In this document: one piece after another, positions 18,702 through 28,396 of the stretch
How positions within the stretch are numbered: position 1 is the stretch's first letter
How the letters are laid out: each line of letters begins with the position of its first letter
Assembly: GCA_005239895.1 (NCBI GenBank)
Contig: SBBB01000025.1
Location: 98,170-162,169 of the forward strand
Origin: a bacterium
Lineage (GTDB): Bacteria; Patescibacteriota; Patescibacteriia; SBBB01
Length of the DNA stretch: 64,000 nt
Direction: 5' to 3'
Notes under the pieces: generated by a model
Told to the model about the DNA's origin: nothing
Database searches by the model: none
What the model saw: the letters and a program-made list of their open reading frames with translations, nothing else
Translations under genes and position numbers: made by a program

Positions 18702-20678
18702 TTATACAGGATTAACATCAATTGTCCATTTGTCTGGTATGATTTGCATAATTTTATTTTTAAGGTCTAAATTAATATTCACTGCTAATTTTAATAAAAT
18801 CTCAAACTGATACTGCTTTTTAATTTTAGACCTAAAAGCTAAATGAGGTGGAGAAACTTTCATTAAATCAGATTCAAGTGTAACTAGCTTGGAATACAAA
18901 TCATTGGCTTCTTTTTTAATCACAGATTGATCTTTGTGTTTATACCCTAATTTTACTAAATTAAAAAACGGAAGATAGTTAAAATCCTGACGTTCTTGAA
19001 TCTCATTTTTATAAAATTGATCATAATTGCCTTTTAGGGATAATTGTAAAATCGGTCTTTGGGGTTGATAGGTTTGAACTATAAATTGATCTTGGGCTAA
19101 ATTTTTTAAAATATTAACTAAATAATATATTTTTTCATTACACCTGAAATCCGGAGAACTCCAAATTAAATCCATATTTAACATCGCCACCAAAGATACT
19201 TGAAATTTGGACTGCAAAAAACATAACTTTAAAATGGCTTGAGTAGACACAATAATATCCACTGCTTCATAATCAGCTGTTGTAAAATCAGTTTTTCTAT
19301 CCATGTTTAAAATTTTTACTTTGGGAAAATATGTTTTTAAAATATGGGTAATACGTTTGGTTCCTATACCAAAAAAACGTAAATTTACACCCGAACACTT
19401 AGGGCAAGCCAATGGAATATCAGTATCGTAATTACAATAATTACAAATTAATTTACCGCCTTTTAAAGACATGCCCTGTACCAAGGCCTGATCTTCGGAA
19501 GTGTTTAGTTTAGACGTTTTGTTTTGTAAACGTAAAGATACACTACAATTAGGACAAATAAAAATATAAAAACAGTCTGCGCAGCGAACTAAAGTGTAAA
19601 AACTACTGTTATCTAAATATAAAATGATTTTTTGGTGCTTGTCTAAAGCTTTCGCTATAATAGTTTTTAATTTTTTACTAATCAAAGTATAATTTCCATA
19701 TTCTTGTTCCTTAGCTAAAGATATAATTTCCGTAGAAAGTTTTGTTGGTTTATTTTTATCAAGCTCTAAATAACCATACTTTGCTTGGCTGCAAAAATAA
19801 TAAGATCGCACGGACAATATGTTACTTAATAATAAAATTTTAATGGATTGAGATTCACTCAAATACAAAGCAACATCTTCAGCGTTATATTTAGGATATT
19901 GATCCCAAGATTTATAAGAACTACTCCCCTCTTGATCTATAACAATTAAACCTAATTTATTAAATCTAGTAAAAACAGAGCTACGCGTGCCAATAATTAT
20001 TTTTACAGATCCATTGTAAATATCGTTTAAACGTATTTGTAATTCCGAAGGTTTAATATCTGAATGTAATATAGTCACTAAACTTTCTCCAAAAACTTTA
20101 CGATAATATTGATAATATTGCTGAGATGCAAAGATTTCAGGAACCAAAAATAATATTTGTTCGTTCTTTAAAATATGGGTTTTAAAAATACCAGACAAAT
20201 CACACAATTCAGGTTGATATTGAACTACGACTATGTTTTTCTTTTTAAAAACGGATAAAATTTTATTTTGAATAGGATTTAAATTAATAGTATCAAAATT
20301 AATACTAGAAAACACTAAGTCGTTCTGCTGTTTTTTGTTTGGGGATTTAAAATTTTTAGATACATACCTTGGTAGTATAGTTTGTAAACCATGACTAACA
20401 GAAGATCCAAAATATTGACTAAACCAATATAAAAAATCAATCCATGGTTGATCAAAATAATGCGAGTCTATAATTCGAGATATAAATTTTAATTTTATAG
20501 GGCTAGGATTCTGGGAAGTAGATATTACTAACCCCAATATGTTGCGAGATCTAAAAGGAATAACAACTAAACTGCCAACAAAAATCTGGTCAGTTAAGGT
20601 GTCGGGAATAGAGTAACTAAAAGATTGCCTTTTAGATCGTGGTAGTGTTACAGCTGGTATAATATCAGCGCTAAACAT
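18702..20678 (-). CDS. priA: Primosomal protein N' (helicase motifs degenerate)
   Basis: N-terminal 3'BD, LVPEI, IIGTRSSVF, four CxxC, PDFR..E, IVQT. Confidence 0.9.
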   Translation of the reverse strand: MFSADIIPAVTLPRSKRQSFSYSIPDTLTDQIFVGSLVVIPFRSRNILGLVISTSQNPSPIKLKFISRIIDSHYFDQPWIDFLYWFSQYFGSSVSHGLQTILPRYVSKNFKSPNKKQQNDLVFSSINFDTINLNPIQNKILSVFKKKNIVVVQYQPELCDLSGIFKTHILKNEQILFLVPEIFASQQYYQYYRKVFGESLVTILHSDIKPSELQIRLNDIYNGSVKIIIGTRSSVFTRFNKLGLIVIDQEGSSSYKSWDQYPKYNAEDVALYLSESQSIKILLLSNILSVRSYYFCSQAKYGYLELDKNKPTKLSTEIISLAKEQEYGNYTLISKKLKTIIAKALDKHQKIILYLDNSSFYTLVRCADCFYIFICPNCSVSLRLQNKTSKLNTSEDQALVQGMSLKGGKLICNYCNYDTDIPLACPKCSGVNLRFFGIGTKRITHILKTYFPKVKILNMDRKTDFTTADYEAVDIIVSTQAILKLCFLQSKFQVSLVAMLNMDLIWSSPDFRCNEKIYYLVNILKNLAQDQFIVQTYQPQRPILQLSLKGNYDQFYKNEIQERQDFNYLPFFNLVKLGYKHKDQSVIKKEANDLYSKLVTLESDLMKVSPPHLAFRSKIKKQYQFEILLKLAVNINLDLKNKIMQIIPDKWTIDVNPV

Positions 20679-20706
20679 AGAGTGTGCTTATGCATTCTGT
20701 GGAATG

Positions 20707-21705
20707 CTATAAAACCCCTAAATATTTATAAGCTAAATCTGTGGCAATTCTACCCTTGGGCGTACGATGCAGAAAACCAAGTTGCAATAAAAATGGCTCA
20801 TAAATGTCTTCAACAGTTGCCATTTCTTCCGATATAGCAGCTGAAATAGTATTTAAACCAACTGGACCACCCTTAAATTTTTTAATAATAGTTTCTAAAA
20901 TTAGTCTGTCCGTAGCATCTAGCCCATATTGATCAATCTCTAAGAGGGTGAGGGCGTCTCTGGTAATATCGGGTGAAATCTGACCATCAACTTTTACTGT
21001 AACATAATCTCGAACTCGTTTTAATAAACGATTAGCTATACGCGGAGTTTTTCTAGATCTTTTAGCAATTTCCTCAGCTGACTCCGTGTCAATATTTACA
21101 TTTAATATCTTGGCTGAGTGTTTAATAATATCCACCAATTCAAATAATTCATAAAAATTAAAATGATAAGTTACGCCAAATCTGTCACGTAAAGGCGCGC
21201 CCAATAAACTAATTTTAGTGGTCGCGCCAATAATTGTAAAATGAGGTAAATCCAATCTTAAAATTTTCGCGCCCGGACCTTTTCCAATAACTAAATCCAA
21301 AGCAAAATCTTCTAAAGCTGGATACAATATTTCTTCGGTAGTTTTAGGAAGACGGTGTATTTCATCAATAAATAAAATATCCTTATCTTGCAAATTAGTT
21401 AAAATCGCAGCTAAATCACCAGCCCTTTCTAACGCTGGACCAGAAGTAATTTTAATGTTTACACCCAATTCGTGAGCTAAAATATACGCTAGAGTTGTTT
21501 TGCCTAAACCTGGTGGACCATAAAATAAAACATGCTCTAAAGATTCTTTGCGAACCTTGGCAGCTTGCATTAAAATATCCAGCTGATTTTTAATTCTAGT
21601 TTGACCAACATAATCCGCCAAAGTTAAAGGACGCAAGGTTAAATCTAAGACCTGATCATCGCTATTGTTTTTAAGTTTTGACTCAATTAATCTATCAACT
21701 ATCAT
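20707..21705 (-). CDS. ruvB: Holliday junction helicase RuvB
   Basis: [31 protein letters not shown]. Confidence 0.97.
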   Translation of the reverse strand: MIVDRLIESKLKNNSDDQVLDLTLRPLTLADYVGQTRIKNQLDILMQAAKVRKESLEHVLFYGPPGLGKTTLAYILAHELGVNIKITSGPALERAGDLAAILTNLQDKDILFIDEIHRLPKTTEEILYPALEDFALDLVIGKGPGAKILRLDLPHFTIIGATTKISLLGAPLRDRFGVTYHFNFYELFELVDIIKHSAKILNVNIDTESAEEIAKRSRKTPRIANRLLKRVRDYVTVKVDGQISPDITRDALTLLEIDQYGLDATDRLILETIIKKFKGGPVGLNTISAAISEEMATVEDIYEPFLLQLGFLHRTPKGRIATDLAYKYLGVL

Positions 21706-21768
21706 AAAAAAATAATATTAATTATATTTATGTATTATAAATGATTTTAAGACATAATAGCAACTTAT

Positions 21769-21795
21769 ATGTTTGGTGGTTCGACCGCCAAACAT
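21769..21795. repeat. REP-like hairpin (7679 family)
   Basis: ATGTTTGGTGGT-TCG-ACCGCCAAACAT. Confidence 0.85.
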
Positions 21796-21861
21796 TGAAC
21801 CTTAAAAAGTGCACCCCTTTTCTGTTTTATTAAAAAAGATTATGATATAAATGTTAAATTA

Positions 21862-21948
21862 GCCGAAGTGGTGAAATTGGTATACACGCTAGGTTTAGGG
21901 CCTAGTGCTTTTATCGGCATGGGGGTTCGAGTCCCCCCTTCGGCACCA
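21862..21948 (+). tRNA. tRNA-Leu(TAG)
   Basis: GCCGAAG/CTTCGGC acceptor, anticodon loop TTTAGGG, long variable arm, CCA. Confidence 0.96.
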
Positions 21949-22113
21949 AATTTTGCTTCTTTAATAACTACGCAAAATTAAGATGACGATGAAGATGAAG
22001 AAGCTAGATATTAGATGATATATTGCAAAACAAAATTTTCCCTCATCTTCACCCTCATCCTTTAAAATACTAATTACTTACACTAATTATAAAAAATAAT
22101 AATTCTTAAAAAA

Positions 22114-22167
22114 AATCAATGTTTGGGAGTTGAACTCCCAAACATTGATTACTCCCAAACATTGATT
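22114..22167. repeat. REP-like hairpin variant with duplicated right arm
   Basis: AATCAATGTTTGGGAGT-TGA-ACTCCCAAACATTGATT followed by ACTCCCAAACATTGATT. Confidence 0.8.
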
Positions 22168-22271
22168 AAATTAAAAAGTTTAGTTTTCAATGCATTTTGA
22201 TAGATAAAAAATAAAATGTTAGAAGCCTATTTCTAACATTTTAGTAGGCTCTATGTTTAGTACTCCGAATA

Positions 22272-22373
22272 CTAAACAGTAGTAGCCTTTTCTCGTAAAA
22301 CTTTATACTGCTCTTCAGTTAAAGACTTTTTCCACTCCTCCTCACTTTTTAAAAATATTTTTTCGCTATCCAT
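22272..22373 (-). pseudogene. msrB: Truncated MsrB N-terminus
   Basis: MDSEKIFLKSEEEWKKSLTEEQYKVLREKATTV*; similarity stops at a REP-like hairpin (22254-22278). Confidence 0.75.
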
Positions 22374-22388
22374 ACGCAGATTATTTTT

Positions 22389-22814
22389 TTACTCGCTCAA
22401 CCCAAGCATTTGATTAAGGGGTTTGATGATATAACGCCACGCAACACCATAAGCTAACGCCGATAATGGCAAAGTTATATACTGGATTGGCCCAGAAAGA
22501 AGAAAAACTTCGGTTGGAATATGCAAGACAAAGTTTCCATATAAGGACAAGATCAATCCTGTAATCAAGCCAGTTACCCATAATCTACTATTTTGGTTTT
22601 TTATTGGAATGCGTTTCTCGTTGAGAATGTATAAAATATTTATCAGACCAAGAATAATTGGAATGATCGTGGCGAGGTATCCAAAAATAAAACCACTTCC
22701 AGTCTTTAAAATCAAAAGAAAGCTATTATAATAAAAGATAAGAAAAACAACAACTGGAAAAGCTGAACCAGCCACAAAAGCTTTTGCATATTTATTTTCT
22801 ACTATTTTATTCAT
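22389..22814 (-). CDS. Four-TM membrane protein
   Basis: 141-aa hydrophobic ORF overlapping the upstream gene's stop. Confidence 0.75.
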   Translation of the reverse strand: MNKIVENKYAKAFVAGSAFPVVVFLIFYYNSFLLILKTGSGFIFGYLATIIPIILGLINILYILNEKRIPIKNQNSRLWVTGLITGLILSLYGNFVLHIPTEVFLLSGPIQYITLPLSALAYGVAWRYIIKPLNQMLGLSE

Positions 22815-24441
22815 AAATAAAGACTTTTGAATTTATTTTAACACTATCTAGCGTCTTTGTTGTCCCAGAAGACCAAATCACTTTAAGAGATTTGATTTTT
22901 GTATCGCCTCCTAAACCAAAAAATAAATCTGGGCTTTGATCAGTAACTAATCCAGTACTGGTTACAAATTGCTTTGTTAATTCAGAGCCGTCCATTTTTT
23001 GAACAACAACCCTGGCTCCAATTGAACTAGGAATATCTTTTAAAGATACGGTTAAGTAATTGCTAACCCCGCCATTATTTATAAATGCACGCAGAGGACC
23101 GTTAAGATTGACGTAAACCATGTCAGGATAACCATCTTGATTAAAATCTGCGACCAAAGGCGATTGACCTAAGTATCTGTTAGTTAAACCAGATATATCT
23201 TCGGTCGAAACAAATTGGCCATTATTTTTTTGCACAAAAAATTTTCCAGGGGCTCTAAAAAATTTAAACTTATGAGTAGGCCACTGAATATAATTTTCCG
23301 CTACAATTAAATCTTGTCGTCCGTCTAAATTAAAATCTTCCAAAAGAGATCCCCAGGCAAACTGATTTTTCTTTAAGCCACTTTGATTGGTTATGTCGGT
23401 AAAAGTAAAGTTTCCCTCATTTCTTAAAAGAGCCCACTGAACAGTGACCTTTTGATCGTCCCGAAGGTCTCCCTTGAAAAGTATTTCCGAGATTTTATTT
23501 CCCACATTACTAATGGGCAAAGTGTTTCCGACATTAGTAAAAAACAAATCAATATCAGCGTCGTTATCAATATCGCCAATTCCCAACCCCATCCAAGACC
23601 CATAATCAGTAGGAGAAGGCATTTCCTTAAATGTAGAATTACCAAGGTTTTTATATATTTTTACACGATGTGTGTCGGTAGATACCACTAAATCAATCCA
23701 ACTATCATAATCAAGATCAACAAAAACCGATAAAAAAGTGTTTTTCTTAAACTGTAATCCAGAGCTTTGGGTGATATCTTTAAAAGTATTGTCACCGTTA
23801 TTGAGTAGCATTACATTTGATCTTTCATTGCTGGGATCATTGAACTTAAGGGTTTTAAAATTAGCAAGATTAGCAAAAACGCTTATGTAAAGATCCACAA
23901 AGCCATCTTTATTAATATCGCCAGCGGCAATGGCTATGGGGATGGTATTTTCTTCAAAATCTACTGTAATTTTTCTTTCAGAAAAAACACCATTGTTATT
24001 GATGTATAAATAAATACCTGAATCTCGAGCTACGAACAGGTCAATTTGATTGTCATTATTAACATCGATTGAAACCGCCCCGTAAGTTCCTTCTTTTGTT
24101 TTAGAAATCTTGGCGCTTTCAATAATATTTTTAAAATTACCATTTTTATATACAAAAAGTGCATCAGGTTGGCTTGCTCCACCACCAACAAACACCTCTT
24201 GAACCCCATCATTATCTATATCAATAATTGCACCCCCAGCAAAAGCATGCCCAGGTTTATTATATTGATGAGCAAAATCTATAGGAATTTCACGAAAAGT
24301 TGGAATAAACGACTCTTTTTCAGATTTAAACAATTGCTCCCTGTTATATCTATCCAAAAACGGATAGACAAAAAACACAACAATGCCTATAAAAAAAATA
24401 AATAAAAATATTTTTTTCTTATGACTCATCTTGCTCGTCAT
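22807..24441 (-). CDS. CRTAC1/ASPIC-UnbV family protein with FG-GAP/VCBS repeats
   Basis: Multiple D.N.DG..DL repeats; C-terminal IGARV...FGLG....I..L.V.W.SG. Confidence 0.88.
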   Translation of the reverse strand: MTSKMSHKKKIFLFIFFIGIVVFFVYPFLDRYNREQLFKSEKESFIPTFREIPIDFAHQYNKPGHAFAGGAIIDIDNDGVQEVFVGGGASQPDALFVYKNGNFKNIIESAKISKTKEGTYGAVSIDVNNDNQIDLFVARDSGIYLYINNNGVFSERKITVDFEENTIPIAIAAGDINKDGFVDLYISVFANLANFKTLKFNDPSNERSNVMLLNNGDNTFKDITQSSGLQFKKNTFLSVFVDLDYDSWIDLVVSTDTHRVKIYKNLGNSTFKEMPSPTDYGSWMGLGIGDIDNDADIDLFFTNVGNTLPISNVGNKISEILFKGDLRDDQKVTVQWALLRNEGNFTFTDITNQSGLKKNQFAWGSLLEDFNLDGRQDLIVAENYIQWPTHKFKFFRAPGKFFVQKNNGQFVSTEDISGLTNRYLGQSPLVADFNQDGYPDMVYVNLNGPLRAFINNGGVSNYLTVSLKDIPSSIGARVVVQKMDGSELTKQFVTSTGLVTDQSPDLFFGLGGDTKIKSLKVIWSSGTTKTLDSVKINSKVFIYE

Positions 24442-24460
24442 ATGTGCTAAAAAATATTAT

Positions 24461-25177
24461 TTAATTTTTTGTTATAGTTCCTTCAAGAACATGGTCAGCA
24501 GGACTGGAATTATTATCATCAGGCTCTAAAGTTAAAACATAAAAACTATGACCAACTAAATTAGTTTTTGAAGAGTATTCATTTGTATAAACACCGTTAA
24601 CTTTTTTTGCTTTTCCAGTACTTATAACACTGAAATACAAACCTTTTCGTACTAACCAACCTTCGTAAAAATCACTTCCCTTGGGATCTGGCAATCCATT
24701 AAATGTTGCCTTGAGATTATAAATATCATCCTTGAAATTAGACTGAACAATGCCAGAACTATTATCTTCAAATTTAACACCAAGAATGGTTTTACCATTA
24801 GCAACATTTTTTAATTGACCAGAGTATTGATAAGTCATTGCTTCGATTTGATTTTTGTGCTCCATCGTCGCTCCAGCTTCCTTGTTGTCTACAGCTTCAA
24901 CTCCAGAAGTTTTTTCCATCATAGTTTCTTCCTTCTTTTCCATGACTGCACCATCTTTGTTCATCACCTCTTCTGGTGTTGCAACTGTCTCTTTCTTTTC
25001 CATCATTGCTTCGTCCTTTTTTATAACACCGTGATCTACTGAGGGCTTTCTCATAACAAAATATAAAGTTACTCCCCCTATCAAGACCAAAACTATAATA
25101 GCGATACTAATGGGCATCGCGAAGCCCTGCATCGTCTGGTTCTGGGCAAAACCTTTTTGTGAATTATTGCTTGTCAT
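24461..25177 (-). CDS. Pilin-like signal peptide protein with Met/Lys/Glu-rich linker and RskA-like C-terminal domain
   Basis: QKGFA...QGFA then TM; KKDEAMME repeats; YEGWLV...VLTLEP.D..P..HVLEG. Confidence 0.65.
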   Translation of the reverse strand: MTSNNSQKGFAQNQTMQGFAMPISIAIIVLVLIGGVTLYFVMRKPSVDHGVIKKDEAMMEKKETVATPEEVMNKDGAVMEKKEETMMEKTSGVEAVDNKEAGATMEHKNQIEAMTYQYSGQLKNVANGKTILGVKFEDNSSGIVQSNFKDDIYNLKATFNGLPDPKGSDFYEGWLVRKGLYFSVISTGKAKKVNGVYTNEYSSKTNLVGHSFYVLTLEPDDNNSSPADHVLEGTITKN

Positions 25178-25491
25178 AAGTTTTTAATAAACATTAATTT
25201 AATTCAATTAATACTTTAAGTATAACCTAAAACATAAGTCACGTAAACTATACTTTACATCTAATTTGGGGATAACTTCTAACTTTATCCTACGGATGTG
25301 CGATCTAACAAAGGTTTTTGTTTATCGCCTAGATGGCACACTACCAAGTGCAATACATCCGTGGTAGTCTTGATCCCGTTAGAGGTTATTAAGAAGTATT
25401 TTGACTGGTTTAAACTAAATTATGATTAAAACGATATTTTATCATTTAGTGGTGCATTATGATTAGACTTCTGCCCGAAACCCCCACGATC

Positions 25492-25520
25492 TTGACAAAA
25501 GTTCAATAACATGCTATAAT
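25492..25520 (+). promoter_or_regulatory. Perfect sigma70 promoter
   Basis: TTGACA-17-TATAAT with extended -10 TG. Confidence 0.75.
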
Positions 25521-25566
25521 GCAACCTTATAATCAGTAAGGTTATAACAATAACGGAAAGGAGCAC

Positions 25567-25725
25567 ATGGACAGCGCAAAAACCAAAAACAAACAATTCA
25601 CCCTCCTCACTATGGAGAATATTTCGATTTTTAATGTTGATGGATGTCAAAAAACCAAACTGACAGGAAAGGAGCGAGAAGAGCTGCTTCTCAGACTTGA
25701 GCAAGGCGGCTGCTTGCCTGTTTAG
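25567..25725 (+). CDS. 52-aa orphan protein (not in ORF track)
   Basis: AAGGAG SD, MDSAKTKNKQFTLLTMENISIFNVDGCQKTKLTGKEREELLLRLEQGGCLPV*, followed by hairpin CCCGCCAGG...CCTGGCGGG. Confidence 0.65.
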   Translation: MDSAKTKNKQFTLLTMENISIFNVDGCQKTKLTGKEREELLLRLEQGGCLPV

Positions 25726-25860
25726 TTTCACAAACACACATTAAAGCATTTATATTTACACCCGCCAGGATATTGTTCAACACCTGGCGGGATCACTATG
25801 TATTTAAAAAAATTATTTTTACCACCAATTCTTTGAAATCTAGCGTAATGTTTGAATATC

Positions 25861-25891
25861 TAATGTTTGGAGATCGGATCTCCAAACATTA
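25861..25891. repeat. REP-like hairpin variant TAATGTTTGGAGAT-CGG-ATCTCCAAACATTA
   Basis: Perfect palindrome with the same geometry as the 7679 family. Confidence 0.8.
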
Positions 25892-25931
25892 AAATTTAAA
25901 ATATTTACTATTTTAACCATTAAAATAAAAA

Positions 25932-27305
25932 TTATTTGCTCATGGATATAACTTTTAATTGGCAAAGTTCTCTGAATCCAACTATACCATGCTCTCTACC
26001 CATACCAGATTTTTTGTATCCCCCAAAAGGATTAACTGGCAACCAACGATTGGCCTGATTAATCTCAACAGTTCCAGCTTCAATTTTTAATGCCACTCGT
26101 TTAGCGCGCTCTATATCCTTAGAAATAATTCTACTCCCAAGACCATAAATTGTATCATTGGCTAATTTAATTGCTTCTTCTTCGGTTTTAAATGTTACTA
26201 CTGGTAAAACTGGCCCAAAAACTTCTTCTTTCCAAACGCGCATATCTTTGGTGATATTTGTCAAAATCGTTGGTTCAAAAAAAGCTCCTTTTAAATTTTG
26301 GGGTGTTTTTCCACCTATAATCAATTTTGCTCCCTTAACTAAAGCATCTTTCAATTGTTGCTGTAATAAAATTAGTTGTCTTTTTGCTACTAAACTACCA
26401 AGGTCTGTATTTTTATTAAGCGGATCACCGATCTTTTTAGTTTTAACTAATTTTGTTAATTCTAAAATTACTCTTTCAAAAACTGATTCATGCACAATTA
26501 ATCTTTTTAACGCATCGCAAGATTGTCCACAATTTTGAAACCTGTCATTATAAATAATTTGTATCGCGCTGGGAATATTTACATCTTCAAAAACTATACA
26601 AGGATTTGATCCTCCCATTTCAAAAATTACTTTTATAAATTTTTTAGCCGCAGTTTGATAAAGTAATTGCCCTACTTTACTGCTTCCTGTAAACCAAATA
26701 AAATTAATATCACTCTGTGCAAGTTTTTCTCCTATGTCTCCACCTCCATAAATTTCTGAAAATACACCATTTGGTAAATCGTGATTTTTTAACATTTTTT
26801 CAATAAATTTTCCAACTAAGGGGCATTCTTCAGAAATCTTAAAAACAACAGTATTACCAACTATTAAGTTGGGTATAATACCCCAGACAGCCATCCCAAA
26901 AGGATAATTCCAAGGAGTAATCACTGCTGTTAATCCAAATGGTTCATAAATAATTTTATGAACTGAATTATCGTCTTCGTGGGTAATCTCGTCCTTTAAG
27001 GCCTGTTCACCATTGTCCATAAACCACTTAAATTTTTTAAGACCAGAATTTACCTCAGCCAAAGATCCCATAATAGGTTTACCTATTTCTAGAGAAATAA
27101 GTTTCGCAATTTCATCAGACCTATTTTGAAATTCAGTATAAATAGGTTTTAATAATTTAATTCTCTTTTTAATACCAAGTTCTTTCCAGGGTGTTTTAGC
27201 TTTGTGAGCTAAATCAACTTTTTCTTTAATTTCTTGATCTGTAGATATTTCCACTTCACCAATAGCCTCATAGTTTCGGGCTGGATTTGTTGAAATTAAT
27301 TTCAT
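25932..27305 (-). CDS. NAD(P)-dependent aldehyde dehydrogenase
   Basis: ITPWNYP, FTGS, EMGGSNP, GQSC, EEVFGPV, PFGGYKKSG.GRE. Confidence 0.95.
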   Translation of the reverse strand: MKLISTNPARNYEAIGEVEISTDQEIKEKVDLAHKAKTPWKELGIKKRIKLLKPIYTEFQNRSDEIAKLISLEIGKPIMGSLAEVNSGLKKFKWFMDNGEQALKDEITHEDDNSVHKIIYEPFGLTAVITPWNYPFGMAVWGIIPNLIVGNTVVFKISEECPLVGKFIEKMLKNHDLPNGVFSEIYGGGDIGEKLAQSDINFIWFTGSSKVGQLLYQTAAKKFIKVIFEMGGSNPCIVFEDVNIPSAIQIIYNDRFQNCGQSCDALKRLIVHESVFERVILELTKLVKTKKIGDPLNKNTDLGSLVAKRQLILLQQQLKDALVKGAKLIIGGKTPQNLKGAFFEPTILTNITKDMRVWKEEVFGPVLPVVTFKTEEEAIKLANDTIYGLGSRIISKDIERAKRVALKIEAGTVEINQANRWLPVNPFGGYKKSGMGREHGIVGFRELCQLKVISMSK

Positions 27306-27367
27306 AATAATATTTAATAATTATATTATTATAATTATATACTATTACTAAAATAAAAAATAGTATC

Positions 27368-28108
27368 TTATAAACTCCCCATAAATACTTTTTCTAAAAT
27401 ATCATTTCCTAATAATTCTTGCGATGTTTTATGCACCACAATTTTTCCTTTGTCTAAAACATAAGCACGATTAGTAATTTCAAGCAAAGATTTAGTATTA
27501 TGTTCAACTACCATAATCGCAGTTTTATGTCTCTCGTTGATTTCTTTAATCTTTGCAAATACTTCTTTAACAATTTTTGGAGCTAGACCTAAAGATGGTT
27601 CATCCAAAAGCAAAACTTTAGGATCAGTCATGAGTCCTCTAGCCAAAGCTACCATTTGTTGTTGCCCACCTGACAATACCCCTGCTTTTTCTTTTCTCTT
27701 GGATTTCAACGCTGGAAAAGTATCCAAAACCTCAGTCATTTGTCTTTTAACTTTTTTAGAGTCTCTAAAAATATAACCGCCAATTTCTAAATTTTCTTCA
27801 ACAGTCATGCTACTAAAAACGCGTCTGCCTTGAGGTACAAAAACAATACCCATTTCAACTATTTCATAAGAAACTGGTTTTAATTCTCTTTCATGCCAAA
27901 ATACTTTACCTCCCTGAATGGGGGTTAAACCAAAAATAGTTTTTAACATTGTTGATTTACCAGCGCCATTAGGTCCCATTAAAGCAATAATTTCACCTTC
28001 ATCAATATCTATATCAACCCCATCTAAGGCCTTAACTCCACCATAATGAACGGAAATATTTTTTAATTGTAATAAAACTTCTTTGTTCATTTTTTTAATG
28101 TTATTCAC
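27368..28108 (-). CDS. livF: Branched-chain amino acid ABC transporter ATPase (LivF)
   Basis: GPNGAGKST, LSGGQQQM, LDEPSLGLAP; start may be 28090. Confidence 0.92.
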   Translation of the reverse strand: MNNIKKMNKEVLLQLKNISVHYGGVKALDGVDIDIDEGEIIALMGPNGAGKSTMLKTIFGLTPIQGGKVFWHERELKPVSYEIVEMGIVFVPQGRRVFSSMTVEENLEIGGYIFRDSKKVKRQMTEVLDTFPALKSKRKEKAGVLSGGQQQMVALARGLMTDPKVLLLDEPSLGLAPKIVKEVFAKIKEINERHKTAIMVVEHNTKSLLEITNRAYVLDKGKIVVHKTSQELLGNDILEKVFMGSL

Positions 28109-28139
28109 TAGTCAAAACTCATTGTGTTTTATACTTAAT

Positions 28140-28329
28140 TGTCATTCCCGCGAAGGCGGGAATCCAGGTTTATTCAAATATAAAAAATAAATAAAATTTA
28201 AACTTTTTTCAAAAAGTCCTCTATAAAAAAATAATTATTAGATTACAGTTGTAGTTTAATATTAATATTAATTGGTGCAATAATGATAAGTGTACATGCT
28301 TCTGGATTCCCGCCTTCGCGGGAATGACA
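28140..28329. repeat. REPIN/MITE-like element, copy 2 (opposite orientation)
   Basis: Arms at 28140-28168 and 28302-28329. Confidence 0.9.
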
Positions 28330-28396
28330 AGGGTGGATGTAAATTCAAATTTATGTAATAATTCTTAATTCATAATTCATAATTCATAATTCTTTT

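Noticed and set aside
25426-25737. 103-aa minus-strand ORF
   Set aside because: Promoter, SD and terminator all support the plus-strand 52-aa ORF instead.
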